From: Azolla caroliniana
Lineage: Eukaryota; Plantae; Polypodiophyta
NCBI GenBank assembly: GCA_043228905.1
Contig: JBHGNT010000002.1
Location: 14,756,001 to 14,820,000 of the forward strand
Direction: 5' to 3'
Length of the DNA stretch: 64,000 bases
Below the pieces are notes generated by a model. The model worked only from the letters and a program-made list of their open reading frames with translations, searched no databases and was not told where the DNA came from. Numbering within the stretch: the first letter of the stretch is position 1; every line of letters starts with the position of its first letter. This document shows positions 1 through 11,657 of the stretch, in pieces. The position numbers and the translations under genes are program-made.

Positions 1-3000
1 ACGAACTCCTTGTCTTCTATCCTTTCCCGGATCCAGTGGTATCTACGCTGGATGTGTTTCGTCCGGGAATGGTAGGCCGCGTTCTTCGCAAGGTGGATGG
101 CACTCTGACTGTCACAGTAGAGTCGGTACTCCTCCTGCTGGATACCGAGCTCTCTAATGAAGTCCTTCATCCATATTATTTCCTTACCGGCTTCAACAGC
201 TGCCATGTACTCCGCCTCCGTGGTTGACAACGCAACCGTCTTCTGCAGCCTCGACTGCCACGAAACGGCTCCCCTTGCATACGTCATCACATACCCTGAT
301 GTGGACCGGCTGGTATCTGCATCAGCCGACATATCCGAATCGGTGAAGCCGTCGAGTTCGGGCTCACCGGAGCCGAATCGGAGGCACACGTTTGCCGTGC
401 CCTTCAGGTATCGGAGTATCCACTTGGCCGCATTCCAATGCTCTTTGCCGGGATTGCTCATGTACCGGCTCACCACTCCGACTGCATATCCGATGTCCGG
501 TCTCGTACACACCATGGCGTACATCAAGCTTCCGACGGCTGAGGCATACGGTACTTTCATCATATCCTCCTTTTCAGCCTTTGTCTTGGGACTTTGCTTG
601 CTGGACAGCTTGCAGTTTGCCGGGAGGGTCGATCCGACCGGTCTTGCTTCCGACATGTTAAACCGGTGAAGCACCTTCGTCACGTACTTCTCCTATGATA
701 GCCACAACTGCTTCTTGCTCCGGTCCCGGATGATGTGCATCCCTAGTATTTGCCTCGCCGGACCCAAGTCCTTCATTGAGAAGGTTCGGTGAAGAGCCTT
801 CTTCAGCATCCGTATCTTGACCTGGTCCCGTCCGACGATCAACATGTCGTCCACGTATAGGAGGAGTATCAGAGAGTCTCCTCCTTCGAACTTCTTCACA
901 AACACGCAGTGGTCGGACTGCGTTTTGAGGTACCCTTCGTCGGTCATGAAGGAGTCGAACTTCCGGTACCATTGCCGGGGAGCCTGCTTCAGTCCGTAAA
1001 GGCTCTTCTTCAACCGGCATACCAGGTGCTCCTTCCCTTTCTTCTCGAATCCTTCCGGTTGCTGCATGTAGATCTCTTCATCGAGGTCACCGTGAAGGAA
1101 TGTCGTCTTCACGTCCATCTGTTCTACCTCGAGGTCCATGCTTGCCGCTATGCTCAGCACCGTTCGGATGGAGGTCATCTTCACTACCGGGGCAAATATC
1201 TCGTCGAAGTCCACACCCTTCTTCTGCTGGAACCCCTTCACCACGATCCTGGCTTTGTATCTCGGGGGGTTTCCGGCATCTCCCGGTTTCAGCTTGAACA
1301 CCCACTTGTTTCGAAGTGCCCGCTTTCCTTTCGGCAACTCCACAAGTTCATATGTGTGGTTCTCATGCAGGGAATCCATCTCGTCCTGCATGGCACTCAA
1401 CCACCTGCGGCTCTGGGTGTCATGCTTTGCTTCTTCAAAGCTCTCCGGCTCCCCCTCGTCGGTTAGCAACACGTGCTCTGGTTCCGGGAATCTCCGGGGG
1501 GGCCTTCTCTCTCTTAGAGGGTATCTCCGTTCCGGAGCTTCGGTAACCGGTTCTTCCGATTCTTCTTCATCCGAATCCATTTCGGGATCGGGGCCGGTCC
1601 CGGTATCATTTTCATCTTCTTCGGCCGGTTCTGTTTCTTCACCGTCTTCGGCCGGATCCTCGAGTGCTAACCGGTCTTTTGCCGGTCGGGACTGCTCCTT
1701 GTAGAGTTGATCCTCACCGGTCGACTTGGAGCTCTTCATCTTCTTCTCCGACTCCCAGTCGGCGAGTGTCTTGTCCTCCATGAAGATGATATCTCGACTC
1801 CTGAATATCTTCTTGTCGACCGGGTCCCATACTCGGTAGCCGAACTCATCGTCGCCGTAACCGAGGAATATGCATGGCCGGGTCTTTGGATCTAGCTTTC
1901 CTCTCCGGTCCTTTGCCACATGCACGTATGCGAGACACCCGAACACCTTCAGGTGCCGGTAGGACACTTCCTTACCGGTCCACACTTTCTGCGGCGTGTC
2001 TCCGTCCAAAGGTACTGAGGGTGATCTATTTATCACATATGTCGCCGTCGACATTGCCTCAGCCCAAAACCCCTTGGGTAATTTCGCATGCGCCAGCATA
2101 CTCCGGACCCTCTCCATTATGGTCCGGTTCATCCTCTCGGCCAGTCCGTTCAGTTCCGGCGTCTTCGGCACAGTAAACTCGAGCCGGATTCCCTTCAAGC
2201 GACAGTACTCCTGGAACTGCCCCCGGTATTCCCCTCCGTTATCCGCTCGTATCGCTTTCAGCTTCTTGCCGGATTCCCTTTCCACTCTCGCGTGGAGTTC
2301 TTTGAAGACGCACAACACTTGGTCCTTTGTCTTCAACGGTGCCGTCCACAGCTTCCGACTGTGATCATCAACGAATGTTACGAAGTACTGGGCTCCGCCA
2401 TGTGACTTCGTTTCTACCTGACACACATCAGTGTGCACCAACTCCAATGGTGCGCTACGTCTCGTCGGTGGCCTTGAATGGAAGGAGGTTCGGTTCTGTT
2501 TACCGGCCAGGCAATCGGTGCACTTCTCCAGGTGCACTTGCTTCACTGGAATAAGGTTGTCTTCTGCAAGCCTCTTCATCCCCTTCTCACTCATGTGGCA
2601 CAGTCTTTTGTGCCACAGCTCACCGGCAGTGTCGGCTGCCACATTCAGCTCTTCCGGACATAACCGGGCATTCATCAGGTACAGTGTGTTGTCTTTCCGG
2701 GCCCGGGCCACTATCAGGCTCCCCTTGCTGAACTTCATTACGCCGTTCCGGATGCTACCTGTGTAGCCTTCATCGTCTAGCCTCCCGGCCGAAATCAGGT
2801 TCAATCGAACCTCCGGAACGTGTCGGACATCCTTCAGCAGCATTTTGCATCCGGTCGGGGTTGTCAACCACACGTCTCCGATGCCGGCAATCCGGCACGT
2901 ACCTTCATTTCCCATTCGAACACAGCTATGCTCACCGGCTGTGTAGGATGAGAAGTATCTTCTCTCCGGGGTCAGGTGGAACGATGCTCCGGAATCGACC

Positions 3001-3953
3001 ACCCAGGTCGTCTCATCGCCGGCAATGTTTACTTCACTTTCTTCGGTGATGAGCATGATTTCTTCCTCACTTGCCGCGAGTGCCGTTGTTCCTTTCCGGT
3101 CCTGCCCTCGCCGATCCGAACCTCTCCGGTCCGTGGCTCCCCGGTATGCACCGTTTCTCTCCGGTGACTTCTTCGAATCGGTGTCGTCGGCTCCGTTGTC
3201 TTTTCGGTAATGCCGACAATTCTTTCGGAAGTGCCCCGGTTTCCCACAGTGGAAGCATGTGGGCCTTCCTCTTGACTGCGACCGGGTCCCCGACTTCTCC
3301 CGTCTTTGCGGACTCCGGTTCCATTGTCTTCCCCGATCCGATTCGGTAAGCAGCGCCTTTGAGTCGGAGGCCGGTTCTTTGTCTCTCCGACGTGCTTCTT
3401 CGTTCAAAATACTTGTCTTTACCGTTTGTAAGGACAAGTTATCTTCGGTGCAGGAGGTGCTGAGAGTCACCACCAAGTTCTCCCAGCTTTCCGGCAATGT
3501 ACACATCAGGATGATGGCTTGCATTGCATCCTCCAACGGGAACTTGATCGCCGCAAGCTGATTCACGAATCCCATGAACGTGCTTACGTGTTCCACCATA
3601 CTCTCGCCGTCCCGGTACTTGAGATTCACTATTTTCCTCATCAGGGAGGTCCGGTTCAACGCATTCTTCCTCTCGTAGAGGCCCGACAGCTTCTTCCACA
3701 TCTCATATGCGTTGGTGTCGTTCGCCACATGTTGTAGGACGCTTACATCGACATATTGTCGGATCGTCGCTACGGCTTTCCGGTTCAGGAGCTTCCACTC
3801 CGACTCAAGTACCCCCTTCGGTATTTCCGACCTGTCAATCGGTTCATACAGGTCCCGAACAATCAGAAGATCCTCCATCTTGATCTTCCAGTCGGCGTAA
3901 TTCTGCGCATTCAGCACCATCATCCCCGGCTGCCCGCTGCCGCCGCCCTCCAT
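1..3953 (-). pseudogene. Copia gag-pol of A (gag type 1) with one premature stop
   Basis: ORF 693-3953 has CCHC knuckle CFHCGKPGHFRKNC, protease WVVDSGAS, integrase HTDVC/RADNGGEY and RT YVDD. TAG at 693-695 corresponds to CAG in copy C, and the frame continues into RNase H (1-692). Confidence 0.93.
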
Positions 3954-3968
3954 TTTCTGCAGCAGTTC

Positions 3969-3980
3969 GCTCTGATACCA
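3969..3980 (-). promoter_or_regulatory. Primer-binding site (tRNA-iMet) of A
   Basis: TGGTATCAGAGC on the minus strand, 3 nt from the LTR CA end. Confidence 0.92.
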
Positions 3981-3983
3981 GTT

Positions 3984-4597
3984 TGTAAGGAATCAACCAC
4001 ACGATTAACCTTCTTCCCCTTGGCCACAACCGAGTAAGCGCGAATCGATGCAGCAGAAAATAGGAACCACAAAGGGAAACAAAAACGCGAACACACAGGG
4101 ATTAACGTGGAAAACCCTAGACGGGAAAAACCACGGGAGTACAAGACTCCAAACCAACACTATACAGAGAAGTATACAATGGCGAGCTGCAAGGCGACGA
4201 CCTTGAGCTCGCTGTCCTCGCCACAGGCGGCGGAAATACACAGAGGCGTCGACCTCTTCCTCTCTCACGCTCTATCCCTCTCTCTCTCTCGCGGCTGCTC
4301 TCTCTTCACTCCTCTAGAGTGGAAAAACAGAAAAAATGAGCAACAACACTAAAACCAATTGCCCTAAGTCATATTTATACATATATGACTTTGGGGCTAT
4401 TTACAACTATAGCCTCAGGGGGTTCTTAGCAAACATATTCACGGATATGTCCCTGCATCCGGATCTCTCCCTGGGTACATTCGTCATCCGGCTCCGAAGC
4501 CGGGGTCTTCATCATCCGGTTCCGAAACCGAAACCGGGCTCGTCGGCATTCATCTCCGACATCCGACCATCCCATCGAAGGGACCTTAATCCCAACA
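3984..4597 (-). repeat. 5' LTR of copia A
   Basis: Minus strand starts TGTTGGGA and ends CA; shares blocks with the other family-1 LTRs (TATAAATATGACTTAGGGCAA, GGGTTTTCCACGT). Confidence 0.9.
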
Positions 4598-4828
4598 ATC
4601 TTCATATGTGCCAATTTAAGATTGCTAGGGTACACATTCAATTAATAGTATTGTATAGAAATAACCACTTTATAGAAATAGGCACAGACATACCGAGTGA
4701 AAGAGAAGATGGAGAAGACATACCGATGGAAGGAGAAGATAGGGAAGACGAGTGACATAGAGAACAACAAATCGGGTTTTGAGTGCGCTGTGAAGACCTG
4801 AGTTGGAAGGCGGAAGACCAGAGAGCAT

Positions 4829-5443
4829 TGTCGTGATGATTTTCGGCTACGGTGTGAAACCGAGTGAGACAAATAAACCAAGGATTTACAACATTGCATA
4901 TGCACTTAGCAAATAAGCCTAAGGCCTAATGGCACTTGAGTTCATACAGAGGGGTGCAAACAAGGTTTGAACCTTGCACTTCTAAGATACAAGATGTTTG
5001 TCTTACCACTAGGATAACTATTATATAGTGTAGATTTTATGTATTTCCTTTCCATATACGAATTATAGACGAAACAACCATACAAAACCATGGTTCTAAA
5101 CCCATGGATTGTGCATGTCATAAGAAAAAACCGTGTCACCAAAACCATGGTTCTAAACCCATGGTTTTGTGCATGAAGAGAGCTATAAAAACCCTAGTGG
5201 AGGTTGTATAAAGGGGGGCTGAATATGTGATATCACCAACACTACTATCATCAATATAATTATCTTTATCTTCTTCATATTTTTCTACTTCTCAACTGTA
5301 CAATCTTTCTTCTTCTCAAGTGAACAAGTTTCATCCAATCTTACATTGATCGTCATCTCTTCAATAATTCCGCGAACATCCTCCCCAGTCCAAGACCCCG
5401 GTGGTCGCTCGAATAGCACACGCACGCACAAATCTTCGCAACA
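4829..5443 (+). repeat. 5' LTR of element B
   Basis: 615 bp, TG...CA, highly similar to 7690-8303. Confidence 0.9.
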
Positions 5444-5448
5444 TCATT

Positions 5449-5466
5449 TGGTGAACCCGACGTGAA
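5449..5466 (+). promoter_or_regulatory. Primer-binding site complementary to the 3' end of plant cytosolic tRNA-Trp
   Basis: TGGTGAACCCGACGTGAA is the reverse complement of TTCACGTCGGGTTCACCA (tRNA-Trp 3' end, recalled from knowledge). Confidence 0.85.
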
Positions 5467-5487
5467 GAGTAGTAGGGGAGGACGAAG

Positions 5488-6141
5488 ATGGATGGCGAAT
5501 ATCCCATGGAGGCAATGTCAAAAAGGATGATGGAGTTTCTGAGAGAAGGGAAAAGATGAAATGAAGCCCAATAAGCCATCGAGAGGGCAGTCGAGCAAGT
5601 GAGCTATTTCAACGGCACCGAAGTCCAAAGTTTTCTAAAAGTCTACAATGCGGAGATGGATTCAAGAGGTGTGGACGAAGCTATGAGGCTGGAGTACTTT
5701 TGTTGGGTGGTATCTCAACCGATCTTCAAAGATGTAAAAGAGCTTCTAGAAGCTCATGATTCGTGGGTGACTTTCGAGAAGGCTCTATAGGAGGAATATG
5801 GCTATGAGAGACTGAAGGAACAAGATCGGTGAAACTTTGACCAATGGGTGACATCGGCAAAGACCCACCAAGGCACGACACAAGCATTCATAGACTTCAA
5901 GCGTTGTTTTTCTCAACTCTCGGAGCGGGAACAAAGATTGTTGGGGGTCGATAAGGTCCTTATGTTCGTGAAGTCAATCAATCGAATGGAAAGGATGGCC
6001 ATCGGCCTCAAACTCGAAGAAGATGATGGTGCAAATGGCCTCATCGAGGATTGGAGCAAAGTGGAAAGTGTATGCCGACTACATGATAAGGGGCGAGCGA
6101 GAATATCGATGACAACAAGATGGCCCACGAGGGACGATTGA
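5488..6141 (+). pseudogene. Degenerate gag-like ORF of element B
   Basis: Fragments SYFNGTEVQSFLKVYNAEM... and ...FKRCFSQLSEREQRLLGVDKVLMFVKSI; homologous to the ORF after the second Trp PBS at 56811; several stops. Confidence 0.65.
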
Positions 6142-6213
6142 AGAGGGACGAGATGCAGCAACGTGCCACCAACAAAAGAAATGAAGCTTAAAAGGGAGAC
6201 AAAACCGAGGTGA

Positions 6214-7155
6214 ATGCTGATCAAGGAAGAAGAGACCTCTCAACAAATGCGGGTTAATGAAGTGACCGATACAAAGGCTCAGGTTCGGTATGACGGTATC
6301 GACAAAGAAGGTGCGAAACAAGTCACATTCTTGTCTTACGAAGAAACGATAGCCAAGGAGGAGGCCGATGACTGGAGGACGGCGAACGCCACTTCGAGGG
6401 AGGATAAATGTTTCGGAACATGCATTGTGTATGAAACATTGGGTGATGAAGGTGCAAGCATGAGAAAAGCTTGCATGATCGAGGGAGATAAAGTGTTTGA
6501 GTCCGACGTGATTGAGGAGGTAGCCATGACAAACGACATCGAGTTGGAGGTGGCTATGGACGAGTCGACGGCAGATAGCCATGTTGAGACTTTCTCCACA
6601 CTTGTTTTAGAGACTTTAGCGGTTGCGCCCGTGTGCCAACGTGAGACCGGAGAGACGGAAGGTGGTGATGGGAAGACGAAGGACCAACACAAGGAGGAAG
6701 AAGATCGAGGACGAAAGGATATCCCCACACCTATTCTAGAGACTTCGGCGGTTGTGCACGTGCGCCAACATGAGACGGGAGAGACGGAATGTGTCGACGG
6801 AAAAGTGGAGGACCGGAAGGGAGATGAGGAAGACAAGGTAAATGTGCATGAACAAAGGGATTCCTTCACACCGGTTTCAGAGACTTCGGTAGTGGAGACC
6901 ATGTGTCGACATAAGACCAAAGATAAAGGAGGTGGCAGAGAGGAGACAATATGGCTCAAGGCGAGCATACAGGGAGGGAAGGATGTGGCCGATGAGCATG
7001 CCAAGGATGAAGTCGCGGTTGAGTTTGATGGAGAGGCGAGGCGGCATGCGGGAAGGAAGGAAGAGTCGAGAACCAGTCGAACCAGAAGACGATCCGGCGG
7101 GGATTCCAGCCCGAACGAAGGAAGATCCACATGGGAGCCGATCGACCGGGGTTGA
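6214..7155 (+). CDS. Acidic low-complexity ORF (313 aa) with three internal repeats, in the interior of element B; function unknown
   Basis: Open for 942 nt; repeats STLVLETLAVAPVCQRETGETE / PTPILETSAVVHVRQHETGETE / FTPVSETSVVETMCRHKT. Confidence 0.35.
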   Translation: MLIKEEETSQQMRVNEVTDTKAQVRYDGIDKEGAKQVTFLSYEETIAKEEADDWRTANATSREDKCFGTCIVYETLGDEGASMRKACMIEGDKVFESDVIEEVAMTNDIELEVAMDESTADSHVETFSTLVLETLAVAPVCQRETGETEGGDGKTKDQHKEEEDRGRKDIPTPILETSAVVHVRQHETGETECVDGKVEDRKGDEEDKVNVHEQRDSFTPVSETSVVETMCRHKTKDKGGGREETIWLKASIQGGKDVADEHAKDEVAVEFDGEARRHAGRKEESRTSRTRRRSGGDSSPNEGRSTWEPIDRG

Positions 7156-7689
7156 CCCGGCCAAAACCTGATTCAGCAGAACTCGGTCGGACGATCCCGA
7201 TCCAAAAGGGGGCCGACTTGGCTGGAATCAATCAGTCGAGCTCGACTCGGAGAAATGTGAATGCAGACGAAGGCCAACCGAGCCGAGAAGCGATTGGCGG
7301 AGACTAATCCGGACAAGGGCAAACCCGGCCTAATCGGAGATTGACACGAACAATCCACAACACCCAGTTGAAGTCGGTGAGCGTGAGGAGTGGCCAAGAG
7401 TCCAATCGAAGGACATGCACGGTGGACGAAGGGAGAGCGGTCGGATCGACGACATCGTTCAGTAGATCTACTACAACTGACCGGGGAAGAAGGTGTGAGC
7501 GCCAGATATGGTGGATCAGGTGGCTACGGTGATTCGGTTGGAAAGATTGGGCATACTGGAAGTGGAAGACGAAGTCAAACGAGGTCGACGAGTGTGCGAA
7601 GGAACTCGGTTGATCGCCGGTACCAAAGATCTCACCTCTTCACCTTTCTCAGCACATATCGGAGGATGTGCGGGTTTGGTGGGGGAGGA

Positions 7690-8303
7690 TGTCGTGATGA
7701 TTTTCGACTACCGTGTGAAACCGAGTGAGACGAATAAACCAAGGATGTGCAACATTGCACATGCACTTAGCAAATAAGCCTAAGGCCTAATGGCACTTGA
7801 GTTCATACAGAGGGGTGCAAGCAAGGTTTGAACCTTGCAGCTCTAAGATACAAGATGTTTGCCTTATCAGTAGGACAACTATCATATAGTGTAGATTTTA
7901 TGTATTTCCTTTTCATATACGAATTATAGACGAAACAACCATACAAAACATGGTTCTAAACCCATGGATTGTGCATGTCATAAGCAAAAACCGTGTCCCC
8001 AAAACCATGGTTCTAAACCCATGGTTTTGTGCATGAAGAGAGCTATAAAAACCCTAGTGGAGCTTGTGTAAAGGGGGGCTCAATATGTGATATCACCAAC
8101 ACTACTATCATCAATATAATTATCTTTATCTTCTTCATATTCTTCTACTTCTCAACTGTACAATCTTTCTTCTTCTCAAGTGAACAAGTTTCATCCAATC
8201 TTACATTGATCGTCATCTCTTCGATAATTCCGCGAACGTCCTCCCCAGTCCAAGACCCCGATGGTCGCTCGAGTAGCACACGCACGCACGAATCTTCGCG
8301 ACA
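7690..8303 (+). repeat. 3' LTR of element B
   Basis: 614 bp copy of 4829-5443, preceded by PPT. Confidence 0.9.
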
Positions 8304-8629
8304 ACGCTGTGAAGACTTGAGTAGGAAGGTGGAAGACCAAAGTGCACTGTTAAGACCTGCGTTGTCTCAGTTGGAAGGCGGAAGAGGAGAAGTGCCAAAA
8401 GGATTTAATGTGGCGTCCTAAATTAAACGTGAGGGGGAAATAGCCCCCAAAAATAGTCCTGAATACGCAGCAATTGTCCCCCCACCCATTCTTTGACTTT
8501 AATGCAACGTACACCACTCCCTAAAAAGATTTTAATTATTTTCGATTTTTTTTAAATCACTCAGTACTAACAGTACTCGTGTTTTTTTGGCCAAAAAGAA
8601 TACTTTTTTGGTACATCGTAGCGTGCTTC

Positions 8630-10485
8630 AACCCAGCGGTGCCAACGTCATTGGTGTCGAGGAGGAACATCCTCCCATCTCTGCGCCCTTGTGTACTAAT
8701 TTGGCCCTCTTCTTCGATGAAGCACCCAAGGTGCGTAAACTACACCTGCATCCCCTGGTCAACGATCTGACCGACTGACACCAGGTTCTTCGTGATAGTC
8801 GGAACATGTAATACGTTTATCAGCTTCCGCATCTGTCCGACATGGCTCAAAGGGACTTCTCCGACATGCACGATTGGGTGAGGAGTGTCGTCTCCAGTTT
8901 CGACGACTCCAGGTTGTTCCAATTTCTCCAAGAAGGAGAACCACTCTTTGTGGCTTGTCATGTGATTCAACCTGGAATCAATGTACCACACTTCCTCCGA
9001 TTTGGAAGTGGTCTTCTTCATTGAGTCACCCTCATGTTTCATCACCAAGGCTGGCCCTTTACCTGCCTTTCCAATTTTGGATCCTCCTGATCCTTCTGCA
9101 TAGTGCGAGTATTGTCGATTCTCTCCGTTGGCCTTGCCAGATCCGGATCTGTCCGAATCGGCGCACTTCTTCAAGCACTCGCTTTCGTTGTGGTCCTTTT
9201 TACCACCGTACCAACATTCCGTATCAACCTTTGCTTGCCGGCCTCCGGCGCCGCCTTGACTCCCCATGCTTGTGGAGGGTTCGGAACTGTTGTTGGCACG
9301 TTCTCTATGCCTTCGGTCCTGCTCTTGCCGGTCACTACCATTGCGAGCCGACCCGCCTCGTCCACCACGTCCACGGGGCCGATCCGCCCCCGTGTACAGC
9401 ATTCGGTTGTCGATGGGTGCACTTGTTGATGCACCGGCGTGGTTCTCCTCTACGAGGAACATCGACTATAAATCGAAAAATGACAACGTATTCTCCCTTG
9501 TACATACCGCCGTTCGGAGTGCTCTGAACCTAGACGCTAGGCCCCCAAGAAAGATCTACGCCATCTCATCTTCCTCTACAGTGACGTTGATAGAGGCAAG
9601 TGAGTCACAGATCTCTTTGATTCGGGCCGTGTAATCGGCTACCGACATGTCTTTCTATTGGACATTGCTCAACTCCTGTCAAAGTTGTAGCTTCCGGGTC
9701 GTAGTGCTTGCCACGAAAAACATCTTCACGTTTCCCCAAGTTTCTTTTGGCATCTTGGCATCTCAGACATGGCTCAACAGCTGGTCTCTAACACTAGACG
9801 CAAAGCAGTACATCACTCTGCTTGCTGCTTGTTCCCACACTGGGAAGTCCTTGTGTGCTGCATTAGGTGTTCTGTCCTTAGCTCTGTCGACATAGCTCCA
9901 ATAACCATGCGCAAGCAGGTACTGGTGCATCTTGTATGACCAAGATGCGTAGTTGGATCTATCGAGCTTCTCCACTGGGAGCAAGCTAGCCATGCCTTTG
10001 TCCATCACTTCTCTTTCTGATCTTACCGGGTCTTAGGGTTTATCTTTAGATGCTGATGTCGGGTGCAGAGGTTCTCAACCCTCACGCTTTGATACCATGT
10101 AAAAACGAAGGTGCGGAAGTTTTAGACAACCCGCTTAGTCGGATAGCAACAAAGACAGAGATCCACACACAGAAGGTACGCAGAAGAGACAGAGAAAGAG
10201 CAAAAAAACATAAATCTATTATCAACAACTCTGTAAAATCCTCTGTACATATAACGTGCTCAACAACATCATTGATACAAGTCCTAAGAGGACTGACAGA
10301 GGTACAGTGTACTTGAATGCTTACATGAGTGTCTGACACTAACTACGAGACATCAATTACTTAGTAGTCTAGGCTGCTACTAGACTTTCGGTTACTGCTT
10401 GATTCAGCTAACCGGCTCCCCAGCTCACCTATCCGACTCAGGCTTATTTAGTCGATCTGGATCCGGTTGAGCTTGCCGCTCAACA
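8630..10485 (-). mobile_element. Copia family 2, copy J, 3'-truncated (5' LTR 10098-10485, PBS 10086-10097, decayed gag-protease)
   Basis: MMDKGMASLLPVEKLDRSNYASW gag, protease WYIDS; PBS TGGTATCAAAGC abuts the LTR; left boundary approximate. Confidence 0.85.
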
Positions 10486-10695
10486 AACAATAACTAGTGT
10501 GTCATAGATATAACTCTTATGACACATAGTTATAAGGTAGTTAAGGTTTCCCCCCTTTCTGGAGGGGTAGTTTTAGTAAGAGAGTGTAGAGAGAAGGTGG
10601 CTATATAAGCACTTCTCCTCTTCTTTGTAAGAAGTTGGTTAGTGATCATTCTTGTGAATACAATTTTGAATTTTTTTGTATTGTGTGTCGACTCT

Positions 10696-10701
10696 CTCTC
10701 T

Positions 10702-10743
<42 letters not shown>
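10696..10743 (+). repeat. (CT)n(CA)n microsatellite
   Basis: ctctctcacgcacacaca... run. Confidence 0.9.
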
Positions 10744-10744
<1 letters not shown>

Positions 10745-10747
<3 letters not shown>

Positions 10748-11657
10748 TGAGTGAGCAAGCTCAACATGGGTTGGACTAGCTTGACAAGCAGGTAGGCCAG
10801 ATTGGAATCGATTTGGTTGGTTAGGCCCACTTAGGCTAATAAGTCTAAGCTCCGGACTGGATGCCGAATCGGCTAAAGACACCAAAAACCAGATCTGGAT
10901 AATGGACCGGATGTCGGATACGAATGACGGAGCGGATATGAAAACCGTCTGAAACGTCACACATGCCGAATAGACCTATTCTATTAAATAGATCCAACGT
11001 AGGAAATTACTGTTAGATGCTCTTTTAAGAGCATTGAAGTACATGTCAGTACTTCTTAACGGCTCTCACAGATGGGCTTATATAAAAAGTGCTCAATGAG
11101 CACATTGTAAGTAGATGAGTATTGAGTATCATTTTGATATAGAAGTCTTTTTTTGTTGTTTGCTCGCACTCTCTCTTCTACTCTATGTTCTGTGTTAACG
11201 AACTGTTCATTTTCCAGATAACCAACTGACTGTTAGTTCACAAGTTTCCGCATAAGAGCGTGAGGGTTGCGATGCATCCTCCGTAGTCGACGTAGCTTAT
11301 TGACAAGAGTCATTAGTAGGGTTCCAGAAGGAGAAGAACAGATACATGGACAAAGGCATGGGTGGTGCTCTTCCGATAGAGAAGTTGGATAGAAGCAACT
11401 ACGCATATTCGAAATACAAGATGCCCCAGTACTTGCTCAGGTATGGCTATTGGAGTTACATCCAAGGGGGAAATGAAGTAACGCCAGAATCGGCACACAA
11501 GGATTTTCCAATCTCGGAGCAAGGAGCAAGTAGAGTCTTGTACTGCTTTGCATCTTGTGTGCATGATCAGATGTTGGGCTACATTAGGAATGCAAAGACG
11601 CTGAAGGAGGCATGGGAAAATTTGAGGAAGATTTTTGCTGCAAGTACCACAACCCGG
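10745..11657 (+). mobile_element. Copia family 2 relative, copy K, 5' part (old LTR ~10745-11242, decayed PBS, gag N-terminus 11346-11657)
   Basis: Starts GTTGAGTGAGCAAGCTCAAC like family-2 LTRs; gag MDKGMGGALPIEKLDRSNY...ASTTTR, interrupted at 11658. Confidence 0.75.

Larger units (their letters stand above)
1..4597 (-). mobile_element. Ty1/copia LTR retrotransposon, family 1 (Tnt1/Tork-like), copy A; 3' end lies outside the window
   Basis: 5' LTR 3984-4597, PBS 3969-3980, then gag-PR-INT-RT-RH in copia order running off the left edge. Confidence 0.95.
4829..8303 (+). mobile_element. Non-autonomous gypsy-type LTR element B (gag-like ORF only, no pol; TR-GAG-like), tRNA-Trp primed
   Basis: Direct repeats 4829-5443 and 7690-8303 (TGTCGTGA...TTCGCRACA), PBS 5449-5466, PPT GGGGGAGGA 7681-7689; no PR, RT or INT motifs in the ~2.2-kb interior. 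Confidence 0.88.

Noticed and set aside
157-669. Recurrent antisense ORFs over copia pol (e.g. 157-669, 1138-1704, 15105-15617)
   Set aside because: Shadow frames of GC-rich coding sequence; they recur only because the element is repeated and are broken in F and H.
3345-3365. Ala/Met polymorphism (DSKALL vs DxKMLL) shared across gag types as proof of ongoing recombination
   Set aside because: GCG>ATG can arise by parallel transitions, and neighbouring synonymous sites follow gag type.
4598-4828. Short purine-rich repeats and ORF 4336-4755 as a host gene
   Set aside because: The ORF spans an LTR boundary, is low complexity and has no recognisable domain.
5449-5466. tRNA gene
   Set aside because: Only the 18-nt complement of a tRNA 3' end (PBS); no cloverleaf.
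8420-8630. AT-rich stretch with short palindromes (AGTACT x2, TTTTGGCCAAAA) as a MITE or Helitron end
   Set aside because: No partner terminal repeat or TSD found.
10498-10530. Hairpin TGTGTCATA...TATGACACA with a downstream TATA box
   Set aside because: Probably part of an unresolved LTR remnant (10486-10744); boundaries cannot be supported.
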